Below are positions 33,390-43,571 of a stretch of DNA of 64,000 nucleotides, piece after piece. Origin of the DNA: Planctomycetia bacterium (GTDB lineage: Bacteria; Planctomycetota; Planctomycetia; Pirellulales; UBA1268); NCBI GenBank assembly GCA_021414115.1, contig JAIOPD010000070.1:40879-104878 (forward strand). Reading direction: 5' to 3'. How positions within the stretch are numbered: position 1 is the stretch's first letter; each line of letters starts with the position of its first letter. Made by a program: the position numbers and the translations under genes. Under the pieces are notes generated by a model, which was not told the DNA's origin, did no database searches, and saw nothing but the letters and a program-made list of their open reading frames with translations.

Positions 33390-33890
33390 ATGGACATCAG
33401 CGAACGGAAGCGAGGGGATCGCCAGAAGCTTGCCCGACTGATCGCCAGGGAATCGAATGCCATGCAGCGAGACCGGCTGCGGAGCGGCCTACTCGTGCTG
33501 CAGGGCCGGCAGACACTCGAAGTGTCTGCCTCTGTGGGCCGCAGTCGGGCCTTCGTGCAGCGTTGGGCATACGCCTATCGCGACGGCGGTATCGAGGCGG
33601 TGCAAGGACGCACGCCACCGGGCCGTCGGCCACGGCTGTCGCCCGAGCAGGAGACTCGCTTCGTGCAGCGGGTGAAGGCCGGCGCGACACCGCGAGACGG
33701 TGTCGCATCGCTGCGAGGGCGGCAGATTGAAGGCATTCTGGATCGCGAGTTCGGCAAGACGTTTTCCCTCAATGGGGTCTACCAGCTGCTCAAGCGGCAT
33801 GGATTCGTTTGCCTCGAGCCCCGGCCGAGGCATCCACGGCAGAACCCGGCTGCAGCGAAGGCCTTCAAGCGGCGCGCCCCCCTTTTGTGA
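33390..33890 (+). CDS. IS630 transposase, N-terminal HTH part (orfA)
   Basis: MDISERKRGDRQKLARLIARESNAMQRDRLRSGLLVLQGRQTLEVSASVGRSRAFVQRWAYAYRDGGIEAVQGR...LSPEQETRFVQRV. GGAGGAGG Shine-Dalgarno 5 nt upstream of the ATG. Confidence 0.85.
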   Translation: MDISERKRGDRQKLARLIARESNAMQRDRLRSGLLVLQGRQTLEVSASVGRSRAFVQRWAYAYRDGGIEAVQGRTPPGRRPRLSPEQETRFVQRVKAGATPRDGVASLRGRQIEGILDREFGKTFSLNGVYQLLKRHGFVCLEPRPRHPRQNPAAAKAFKRRAPLL

Positions 33891-34435
33891 ATCGCGTGCG
33901 GGCCTCACGGCCTCGCACGAAGGTTCGCCTGTGGTTCCAAGACGAGGCGAGATTCGGCCAACAGGGCACGCTGACGGCTGTCTGGGCGATCAAGGGATCG
34001 CGGCCGACCGTCGTGCGTCAGAACGGCCGCAAGTCGATCTGGATATTCGCGGCCGTCGAGCCTGCCACGGGCTGGTCACTGGCCATGCCATTCCGTGATG
34101 TGAACACCGCGACCATGCAGGCGTTCCTTGACGCGGCAGCGAGCAAGCTTCACCGCCGCGAGCATGCCGTCATGATCCTCGACGGCGCAGGCTGGCATAG
34201 TGCACACAAGTTGCGATGGCCCCGGCGCATCACGCCGCTGTTCCTGCCGCCGTACTCACCAGAACTCAATCCAGTCGAACGACTCTGGCACTGGCTTCGC
34301 GAGCACCACTGGAGCAATCGCACTTACGCCGACGAGCAGGCCCTCGTCGAGGAAGCCGTCAGGAGCCACCGGACGCTTCGCAGGACAGACATCCGGTCGA
34401 TCCGCAGAACCCGGTGGATCACGCCTGGGGATTAA
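33809..34435 (+). CDS. IS630 transposase, DDE catalytic part (orfB, -1 frame relative to orfA)
   Basis: LWFQDEARFGQQGTLTAVWAIKGSRP...VMILDGAGWHSAHKL...LFLPPYSPELNPVERLWHWLREH, the DD(35)E signature of IS630/Tc1-mariner. The frame is only reachable from orfA by a -1 shift near 33875-33888. Confidence 0.85.
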   Translation: MPRAPAEASTAEPGCSEGLQAARPPFVNRVRASRPRTKVRLWFQDEARFGQQGTLTAVWAIKGSRPTVVRQNGRKSIWIFAAVEPATGWSLAMPFRDVNTATMQAFLDAAASKLHRREHAVMILDGAGWHSAHKLRWPRRITPLFLPPYSPELNPVERLWHWLREHHWSNRTYADEQALVEEAVRSHRTLRRTDIRSIRRTRWITPGD

Positions 34436-34687
34436 GTGGGATCCGTATCAGAGGCCATCGCCGTAGCTATCCTTCGTGGTCACGCCCTTCATGAGCAGGC
34501 CATCGGCGGTGGTCCGCGGGGCGTCGCGCGCAAGCCGCGGGCCGGCCTATCCGCTACCCCCGATGATGCCCCCTCGAGGCCAAGCGAAACCGACTGCATT
34601 CGCCCGATTATTTGCGGACGCAAACATTCGGGCGTATGGTGTTGAGGGGGCTGTTCTGCGGGCGTCTATCGTGAGGAGATTTCTGTC

Positions 34688-37600
34688 ATGAATCTGATTG
34701 GCTTCCATTCGCGGCGACAGGACCGCCGGCCGGTTCGCCGCCGCACGAGCCGTCCGCAAAATACGGCCGGTCCCGAGCGACTGGAGTCGCGCATCGCCCT
34801 TGCTGTCTCGACGACGGTCGTCGCGCCCTCGGTCGGCCAGTCGCTGACGTCGGTGGTGAGCACCAGCAGCCAACCAGGTCAGGGCCTCGCCGTCAGCGAC
34901 ACGGCCGGCTTTGCGGCCGCACCGGGCTACGCGCTGCTCTCGCAAGCGGGTTCTCAGGCGCCGTTTGCGACCGTCTCCTACGGCGGGACGTCCAGCGGCC
35001 TCTTTTCAACGCTCGCCACGATCGCCGGCGACGCTACGCAGCCGCTGTCGGCCACGACGACCGTGACGCAGGCGGCCCAGTCGACCACGGCGAACCTGAG
35101 CGAGACCACGTTCGGCGCCCTCGGCGGCGGCAGCATCACGGTCAACGGCGGAGCCGGAGCCGTCTTCACCGGCACGGGCTTCGCCTACGTCCTGGGCGCC
35201 GGCGGCAACGGCGTCTTTCAATACAACGTGAAGACGAGCACGTTGCCCTCCGCATCGGCGCCGGGCACGCTCCAGGGCCTGCAACTCGTCGGCGCGCTCG
35301 GTGTCACGCCGGGCCAGTCCGTCGCCACGATCACGGTGCCCACCGGCTCGATCCTCGTCGAATCGACGGCCCCGACACCCGGGGCCACGCTCGTGACCAA
35401 GGCGGTCACGCTGCCCGCGGCCGGCCAGCCATTCAGGCTGCCGGTGGTCTCCACCGGGTTCGGGTTCGCGGCTGCCTCCGCCACGAAACCGGGCTTCCTG
35501 CTGGTACCGATCGTGGGCAGTCAGACTCCACTCGTCGTGAATTACACGGGCATCAGCGGCACCGCCTTCACCGGCTGCACGACCACGGCCACCGGCACCG
35601 TGGCGATGAACGCGGCCGTCACCGCGACGGCCAACGCCCCGATCACGTTCAGTTTCAAAAACAACGCGCCGGGCATGGCGGTGCACGTCGCCATCGCGGG
35701 CAAGCAGGTCGACCTGCAAGGCAAACCTACCTTCGGCTACCTCGTGCCGCAGTCGACCGGCGGCAAGCGAGACCTCAAGAAGCCCCTGCAGTTCGTCTCG
35801 ATGGCCGCCGGCACGCCCCCCGCGACCGTGCCGACCTTCCAGTTGTTTGGCCCGACCGCGAAAGAGGGATCCCTGGCGAACTTCGTCGTCACCAACTCCC
35901 CCTTCGCCCGACTCGATTCCACGCGGGTCGTGTTCAGTTACGGGCTGCCGCCGGTGATCCCGATCGTGTCGAATAAGCCGCAATTCCCGGCCGCCAACAA
36001 CCCGACCGATCCCAACAACCAGATCAACTACGACTTCTTCGAGTTCACGCAGCGATCCACCGCCCCCAACGACGGCGTGCTGTTCATCAACACGACCCAG
36101 GTCGATCAGGTGGGCATTCCGTTCACGATGAACGTGTCGCCCGCCGATAGTGGCGGCAAGTCCGCCGGCGTGGGGATCAAGGTGGCGCGGTCGACGCTTG
36201 CCTCGATCTACCCCGACTACATCGCCACGCAGTTCCTCGGCGACAACGGCGTGCCGCTCGCGGCCGATGCCCAGGCGGCCTATCAGGCGTTGGTGACGCC
36301 CTACCGGCTCCTCAATCCATCCGACGCGATCACCAATCCGCCGCCGGACATGACGAAGGCCGGCCAGGACGTGCTCCGGCAGTATTTCGATGCTTCCCTG
36401 ACCGAGTTCTTCAGCCGCTATCAGCCCACTGGCAGCTTCCGCCTCCAGCGCGACGGATTCAACTTCGTCGGCCAGACGGTGACCGGCTTCGAGCCGCTGT
36501 CGTACCAGTACGACAGCGTCACGCTGGCGGGGGGCACGCTCTCGTTCCCCGCGGTGGCGGTGCCCAACGGCATGGCCCCCGCGTCGGTGTCGCTGGGCAC
36601 GAACCTGCTCGTGACCGGCCCGGGCATCACGGACAAGGCCGTGGTCACGGCCGCGCCGTCCATCGACGCGGACAACGTGACGACCGTCAGCATCGCCGGC
36701 ACCACCACGAGCGGGACGGGCACGTACACCTTCCAGGTGCCGGGCCAGTTCACGGTGCTCGAACTCCAGCAGGCCGATGCCAACTGGAACGTGGTGGTCG
36801 GTGGCCAGACCTACCTAATCTATGCCCCGTTCTTTCAGGAGAACCGCCCGCGGGGCACGTTCCCCGACAACTTTCCGCACGGCACGGGATTGGGCAGCCT
36901 CGCGGTCACGTCGGGTGACAACTCGGGCTTCACGCCCAACACCGTCGGCGCGCTGACCTTCAGCGGCGGCGGTGCCACCACGACCGCGGAGGGTTTTTTC
37001 GTGACCGACGGAAGCGGCACGATCGCATACGTGGCCCTGACGAAGCCCGGGGCTGGCTACACGTCGCTCCCCACGATTGGCTTCAGCGGGGCGGGCGTCG
37101 GCACCGCCACGGTGCATGCGTCATTCGTGCCTGCGGCCCCTCCCTGGACCGGCACGCTGTCTTCAGGCGCGATGGTGTTTGGTTGCCTCGGCGCGTTCGC
37201 CGACGGGATCGGCCAGGCCAACGCCGGCCAGCTATCCGGCACCGGGGCGACGTCCCAGATCCTCCTCGACGTCGAAAACACGATCGTGTCGGCCTTCAAT
37301 CGCGGCGTCGCCAACGCTGTGCCGGTCAATCAGGACGTGACCGCGGCCTGGAACGACGCCACGACGTTTTATCCAAAGGCCAACACGACCGGCAGCAACT
37401 GGGCCAACTACTACGCCGGGTTCCTCCACCAGCCCGGCGTCAGCATCACCAAGCCAAACTCGCAGGTGGGACTTGCCTACGGCTTCGCCTACGACGACCA
37501 GGGGGGCAACGATCCCACGCTCACCAGCGCGTTTCCCACGGCGGTGACGATCAAGCTCAATCGCTGGGCCAGCGCGAAGGCTCCTACGCCGCTGACGTTC

Positions 37601-37957
37601 ACGGTGGGCCCGGCGGTCAAGGCGGGCGTGCTCTCGTTCACGGCGCAGGGCGTCGCCTCGAAAACGTACCAGTACATCCTCTATCAAGTCCCGAACGCCG
37701 CCTCCGGCCGGTGGACACCGGTCGGCAGTTGGGTGGTCACGACGGCGAACACGAAGGGCGTGGTCACGGCGTCGGTCACCGCGCCGCGAGTCACCGCCGC
37801 CGGCACCTACGTGCTGGTCCTCCGGGCGACAGGCACCACCGACACGTTCGGCGGCCAGTACGACGTCTCGGCTCGGTTCGTGGTCACGTCCCAGTCGCTT
37901 CAGTCGCGGGCCCGGCCGTTGGCCCCAGCCCGCCTCGCCGTCTCGCTCCGCCGCTGA
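34688..37957 (+). CDS. secreted GH64-like beta-1,3-glucanase family protein with large N-terminal and internal insertions
   Basis: 1089 aa. GAGGAG Shine-Dalgarno 10 nt upstream of the ATG. The N-terminus RRQDRRPVRRRTSRPQNTAGPERLESRIALA is a planctomycete-style leader. GH64-like blocks are ITFSFKNNAPGMAVHVAIAG, NYDFFEFTQRS...LFINTTQVDQVGIPF, IVSAFNRGVA, NWANYYAGFLH and LAYGFAYDDQGGNDPTL. Confidence 0.75.
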   Translation: MNLIGFHSRRQDRRPVRRRTSRPQNTAGPERLESRIALAVSTTVVAPSVGQSLTSVVSTSSQPGQGLAVSDTAGFAAAPGYALLSQAGSQAPFATVSYGGTSSGLFSTLATIAGDATQPLSATTTVTQAAQSTTANLSETTFGALGGGSITVNGGAGAVFTGTGFAYVLGAGGNGVFQYNVKTSTLPSASAPGTLQGLQLVGALGVTPGQSVATITVPTGSILVESTAPTPGATLVTKAVTLPAAGQPFRLPVVSTGFGFAAASATKPGFLLVPIVGSQTPLVVNYTGISGTAFTGCTTTATGTVAMNAAVTATANAPITFSFKNNAPGMAVHVAIAGKQVDLQGKPTFGYLVPQSTGGKRDLKKPLQFVSMAAGTPPATVPTFQLFGPTAKEGSLANFVVTNSPFARLDSTRVVFSYGLPPVIPIVSNKPQFPAANNPTDPNNQINYDFFEFTQRSTAPNDGVLFINTTQVDQVGIPFTMNVSPADSGGKSAGVGIKVARSTLASIYPDYIATQFLGDNGVPLAADAQAAYQALVTPYRLLNPSDAITNPPPDMTKAGQDVLRQYFDASLTEFFSRYQPTGSFRLQRDGFNFVGQTVTGFEPLSYQYDSVTLAGGTLSFPAVAVPNGMAPASVSLGTNLLVTGPGITDKAVVTAAPSIDADNVTTVSIAGTTTSGTGTYTFQVPGQFTVLELQQADANWNVVVGGQTYLIYAPFFQENRPRGTFPDNFPHGTGLGSLAVTSGDNSGFTPNTVGALTFSGGGATTTAEGFFVTDGSGTIAYVALTKPGAGYTSLPTIGFSGAGVGTATVHASFVPAAPPWTGTLSSGAMVFGCLGAFADGIGQANAGQLSGTGATSQILLDVENTIVSAFNRGVANAVPVNQDVTAAWNDATTFYPKANTTGSNWANYYAGFLHQPGVSITKPNSQVGLAYGFAYDDQGGNDPTLTSAFPTAVTIKLNRWASAKAPTPLTFTVGPAVKAGVLSFTAQGVASKTYQYILYQVPNAASGRWTPVGSWVVTTANTKGVVTASVTAPRVTAAGTYVLVLRATGTTDTFGGQYDVSARFVVTSQSLQSRARPLAPARLAVSLRR

Positions 37958-38058
37958 TCGACGTCTTGGACGGCGGTCGGGATGGAAACCTTCATCATGA
38001 GGGTCGCCGTCCTCGAGGAAACGTTTCCCGGCGACCGCCGCGTGGCCTGGCGGAACCA

Positions 38059-39121
38059 TCAACGGGCGTGCGCGAGGAGTTGCTCGCCGATGGCGGCCGA
38101 GGTCTCGTTGCCAAACTGCTGCCGCAGCCAGATTTCCGTCCCGACCATGAGAAACCGCATGTCGATGTCGTGCCTCAGGTCGTCGACGATGAACTCCGTC
38201 GCCGCTCTTGACCACTGCAACTGATCGGCCAGGAGTCCGCCGAGCAGGATTCGTTCGGTGCCATCCGTGTAGGAGTGAGGCATCGGGAACCCCTTTTTAC
38301 GGGCAAAGACGACGTCGCGTGGGAGGCGTTTGAGCGCGACGGTTTTCAACGCCCATTTGGCCTGGCTGCGCCGAAACTTGACCGGGCTGGGAAGATGCAT
38401 GCCAAAGTCGATCAGGCAGTTCTCGAGAAACGGAACCCGCATCTCGATTGAGGCGGCCATGCTGAATGGTGGGCGGGGCTGTCGAGGTGCCAGTTGCAGA
38501 CCGGCCAGAATCGAAGGTAATCCTCGCGGGGGACGGCCACCTCGCGGATCGGGATCTTGATATGGCGACCGACACGCAGTGCCTGGGCCGCCTCGCCGCT
38601 CCCGACCGGTGCTTCGGCGACGTAGCCGACCATGCCCGGTCGGTCGTCGCCGGCGTACGCCGCAACGAGGCTCGAATCCACTCCGCCGCTGCACATCGCG
38701 GCGATGGGGGCATCGCTTGCGAGATGAATACGAACGCTCTCCCGGAGATTGCGTTCCAGGGCCTCGGTGACAGTTTTCAGATCGATCGACCGGTGATTGT
38801 CGGTCAGACGCTTCCGATCAATCGCGGTCTCAAGATCGAAGTAGCGGTACTTCGTAATCCCGTCGGGGGTCACCTTCCACCAACTGCCGGACGGCAAGCC
38901 GGTGACGCCCGCAAAGAGCGTGTCGTGGGAGCGTCGCCTGGCAAGAAAACTGCGATTCAGGGCCGATTCGTCGACCTGCTTCACCACTCCGCGATGAGCC
39001 AGGATGGCTTTGAACTCCGAGGCGAAGAGCATGTCCTGGCCGGCTTCCGCCACATAGAGCGGCTTGATGCCGAGGCGGCATGCTCTCCGTTCCGCTTCCA
39101 GATTCATACGATTCCACACAT
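38059..39121 (-). pseudogene. asnB: asparagine synthase (glutamine-hydrolysing) remnant with internal deletions and frameshifts
   Basis: Three frames. The first is MCGIV-stop (39121-39104). The second is VWNRMNLEAERRACRLGIKPLYVAEAGQDMLFASEFKAILAH...AAMCSGGVDSSLVAAYA (PP-loop). The third is SMAASIEMRVPFLENCLIDFGMHLP...EIWLRQQF. Most of the Ntn glutaminase domain and a middle block are missing. Local G+C is lower (34/60 at 38821). Confidence 0.75.
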
Positions 39122-39327
39122 CGGAGTGCCCGCGAGCCCTGTCTCGTTTTTCGTGCCAGTGCCTATGAGAGGGCCGCGGAGGCCGTATCGTCCAGCCCGG
39201 CGAAGGATGCCACCGCCTCCGGCCCCGCTCACGACTGCCGCAGAGCCGGGAAAGCCGGGGGATTTGCCGCGACTGGGACGCTCTTGCGACCGCCTTGCGA
39301 GCGGCCCTATAGTCCCGCCCCATCGCG

Positions 39328-40740
39328 ATGCCAGACCACCGACCTCGTGAACGCCGCATGCTCTCAAGACGACTCGCCGCCGCGCTGATCTGCTGTGCGG
39401 CGTTCCCCGTCGTCGCGGATGACGCGTCGTCGCCACAGACCGCTCCGCAGACCGCGCCACGGGCCATGGTCCAACCGGCCCAGGTGCCGAACATCCCTGC
39501 CACGGTGTCGCGGCCGGAGGGCTGGCCAACGGCGAAGGGTGCCGCGACCGACAACCACGTGCTCTCCAGCATCCGCGCCAACCCCGGCTCGCCGCTCGAG
39601 CCCGTCGGCCAACTGATCGCCAGTGAAGTCGCCAAGGCCGTGGTGGGAGGAGGAGGCACGGCGGCTCCCGACGAAGGCGTGGTGCCCGCCGCCTTCGAGA
39701 CACCGGCCGCGACGCCGACCGACGAACTCCCCGGCATCCAGTCGCTGGAAACGGCGATGGTGATCGCTCGCGTCGGCCCGGAGGTTGTGCTGGAGGCCGA
39801 TCTGCTCACGCCGAAGGCGCTCGAATGGCTGGAGAAGGTCACGCCCGGCATGCCGCCCGATCAGGTCCGGGCTCTGCGGTTGCAGATCTGCCAGCAGGTG
39901 CTCGAACCTCATGTCGAGACGCTCCTCGTCTACGTCGACGCCTGCCGCGAGATCCCCTCCGACAAACTTCCGGAGATCCGCAAGAACGTCGACAAAGCCT
40001 TCGACGAGCAGCAGTTGCCGAAGATGATGAAGGAGGCCAACTCACCCAACTCGATGGAGTTTGAGAAGTCGCTTCGGGCTCGCGGCATGTCGCTCGACCG
40101 CATGCGGAAGATGTTCTTCGAGCGCGGCCTCGCCCAGGAGTGGATGCGGAAAAACGTGAAGGCCGATGATGAGATCCCGCACGCCGAACTGATTGCCTGG
40201 TACCAGAATCACCTCGCTGACTACGAGTTTCTGGCGAAGGCCCGCTTCGAGGCGCTGACGGTCAAGACGGGGCTCAAACGATCACATCGCGCGGCCTGGG
40301 ACCTTCTCGCCGAGATGGGCAACGAGGTGCTCGGCGGACGACCGTTCGCCGACATCGCCCGCAACCGATCCGAAGGGCCGACGGCGTCGCAGGGAGGAAC
40401 GTTCGACTGGACCAACAAGGGCAGCCTCGCCTCGAAGACGCTCGACGAGGCCATCTTCTCGCTTCCCATCGGCCAGTTGAGCGCGATCCTCGAAGACGGA
40501 GAGATGCTCCACATCGTGCGGGTCGTCGAACGACAGGACGCGGGCCGCACGCCGTTCATCGAGGCGCAGGTCGGCATCCGCGACACGCTGCTGACCGAAC
40601 GCCGGAAAGCGGCGACGGACGAATACCTCGCCAAACTCCGCCAGCGGACGCCGGTCTGGACGGTGTTCGAAGAACAGTCCGGTTCGGCGGCGCAGCCGCA
40701 GTTCACCGCCGGCCGCCCCGGCGGCACGACATCGCGGTAG
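39328..40740 (+). CDS. periplasmic parvulin-type peptidyl-prolyl isomerase (SurA/PpiD-like)
   Basis: Signal peptide MLSRRLAAALICCAAFPVVADD (an alternative start at 39358 is likely). Parvulin domain GGTFDWTNKGSLASKTLDEAIFSLPIGQLSAILEDGEMLHIVRVVER. Confidence 0.8.
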   Translation: MPDHRPRERRMLSRRLAAALICCAAFPVVADDASSPQTAPQTAPRAMVQPAQVPNIPATVSRPEGWPTAKGAATDNHVLSSIRANPGSPLEPVGQLIASEVAKAVVGGGGTAAPDEGVVPAAFETPAATPTDELPGIQSLETAMVIARVGPEVVLEADLLTPKALEWLEKVTPGMPPDQVRALRLQICQQVLEPHVETLLVYVDACREIPSDKLPEIRKNVDKAFDEQQLPKMMKEANSPNSMEFEKSLRARGMSLDRMRKMFFERGLAQEWMRKNVKADDEIPHAELIAWYQNHLADYEFLAKARFEALTVKTGLKRSHRAAWDLLAEMGNEVLGGRPFADIARNRSEGPTASQGGTFDWTNKGSLASKTLDEAIFSLPIGQLSAILEDGEMLHIVRVVERQDAGRTPFIEAQVGIRDTLLTERRKAATDEYLAKLRQRTPVWTVFEEQSGSAAQPQFTAGRPGGTTSR

Positions 40741-40854
40741 ACCGCATCTGAGCACGCGGCTGCGGATTGCCGGTCCTTCCTTTCGCGGCTAGACTGCGAC
40801 TCCCGCCTGGCAGCGGCGACTCTGCCGCCAACGGCTCGTGCCGGAGACCCGCCG

Positions 40855-42219
<1,365 letters not shown>

Positions 42220-42249
42220 CGGGCGAGCGCTGGACCGCGGCGACCGGCT

Positions 42250-42795
42250 TCACGCGCCCGATCCTGCGCCCGGACCCGCGTTCGGACCGCGGCGCTTGCC
42301 ACGGAAAAAGTCCGTGAGAATCCGTCCGCATTCGTCGGCGAGCACGCGACCGACATGGTCGACGCGGTGGTTGAGACGCGGGTCTTCGAAGAGTCGGTAG
42401 AGCGATTCGACCGCTCCGGCCTTGGGATCGGCCGCGCCCCACACCACGACCGGCACGCGGGCCTGGAGGATCGCCCCGGCGCACATCGGACAGGGCTCGA
42501 GTGTGACATAGAGCGCACACCCTTCGAGACGCCACGAGCCGAGCGCCGCGGCCGCCTGCGTAATCGCGATCATCTCCGCATGCGCCGTCGGGTCGGCGAG
42601 CTGCTCCCGCTGGTTGTGGGCGCTGGCGATGATCCGCCCGCCCGCCACCACGATCGCGCCGACGGGCACCTCGTCCTCGGCGGCGGCGGCCCGCGCCTCG
42701 TCGAGCGCCAACCGCATCCAGCGGTCGTGCGACTGCACTCCGGGCAGCTGCGCGTCCGCCTCCAAACCCTCGTCGAATTCGTCGAACTCATCCAT
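42250..42795 (-). CDS. tadA: tRNA adenosine(34) deaminase
   Basis: The likely start is the ATG at 42795 ([12 protein letters not shown]...). CDA motifs HAEMIAI and [11 protein letters not shown]. Confidence 0.9.
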   Translation of the reverse strand: MDEFDEFDEGLEADAQLPGVQSHDRWMRLALDEARAAAAEDEVPVGAIVVAGGRIIASAHNQREQLADPTAHAEMIAITQAAAALGSWRLEGCALYVTLEPCPMCAGAILQARVPVVVWGAADPKAGAVESLYRLFEDPRLNHRVDHVGRVLADECGRILTDFFRGKRRGPNAGPGAGSGA

Positions 42796-42917
42796 GCCTC
42801 GCACTGTAGGCGGCGGAAGGGGGGCAAGACAATCGGGCCCGGGGCCGACGCCGCTTGGGCGGGCCTGCGGCATCGGGTACGATCCTGTCACACGTCCGAC
42901 CGCCACGAAGGGAACCC

Positions 42918-43571
42918 ATGGATCCAACTCTGCTCGTGCTTCGCTGGGCCCACGTCCTCGCCGCCATCGTGGCGATGGGGGGGCTCGTGTTCGCCCGCTT
43001 CGCCCTTCTCCCGGCCCTCTCCGAGCTCGACTCGGCCACGCGGGACCGAGTCCACGACCGCATTCGTCGGTCCTGGCTGCCCTGGGTGATCGGCGCGATC
43101 ACGGTGCTGCTGGCCACCGGGCTCGTGAACTTTCTCCTCTTCAACGCCCGCGTGAAGGGGGAAGGCTGGGCGAGTGGCGAGTGGATGCGGCAGACGAGCT
43201 ACCACGCGCTCTTCGGGGCGAAGTTTCTGCTCGCCCTCGTGGTCTTCTACTTTGCAAGCGCGCTCGTCGGCCGCGGAGCGGGGACGGCGTGGGTGCGAAA
43301 CGATCGGGCCAAGTGGCTTTCGGTGACGATCGGTCTCATGCTGGCGGTCGTGCTGCTTTCGGGGTGGATGAGGCAGTTGCACACCGGCCCCAACGTGATG
43401 CCGCTCGGCGATGGCGGCGTGATGATCGAACGCAGGAACGACCAGGACAATCGCCGTGAAGGCGGGGAGGATCTCGATGGACAAAAAAGCGAAGAAGCGG
43501 ATCGAGGTGCTGCAGCAGAAGATCGCGAAGCTCCAGCAGCTGGTGGCGGGAGCGAAGAAGCAGCCCGATGA
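42918..43571 (+). CDS. hypothetical polytopic membrane protein
   Basis: Starts at the ATG at 42918 ([31 protein letters not shown]). Four hydrophobic helices. The charged tail overlaps the next small ORF. Confidence 0.6.
   Translation: MDPTLLVLRWAHVLAAIVAMGGLVFARFALLPALSELDSATRDRVHDRIRRSWLPWVIGAITVLLATGLVNFLLFNARVKGEGWASGEWMRQTSYHALFGAKFLLALVVFYFASALVGRGAGTAWVRNDRAKWLSVTIGLMLAVVLLSGWMRQLHTGPNVMPLGDGGVMIERRNDQDNRREGGEDLDGQKSEEADRGAAAEDREAPAAGGGSEEAAR

Larger units (their letters stand above)
33341..34447 (+). mobile_element. IS630-family insertion sequence (ends approximate)
   Basis: Contains the HTH orfA and the DDE orfB below. Only short terminal similarity was found: GCGATCCCTC at 33341 versus the reverse complement CGGATCCCAC at 34436-34445 (7/10). 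A looser inverted similarity extends to about 33299 and 34490, so the boundaries are uncertain. Confidence 0.7.

Noticed and set aside
33299-34490. Treating Family-1 or Family-2 repeats as MITEs derived from the resident IS630
   Set aside because: The repeat termini (GGAAGCCC..., GAGGGGCTACCC...) show no similarity to the IS630 ends (GCGATCCCTC / CGGATCCCAC), and no TA target duplications flank the repeats.
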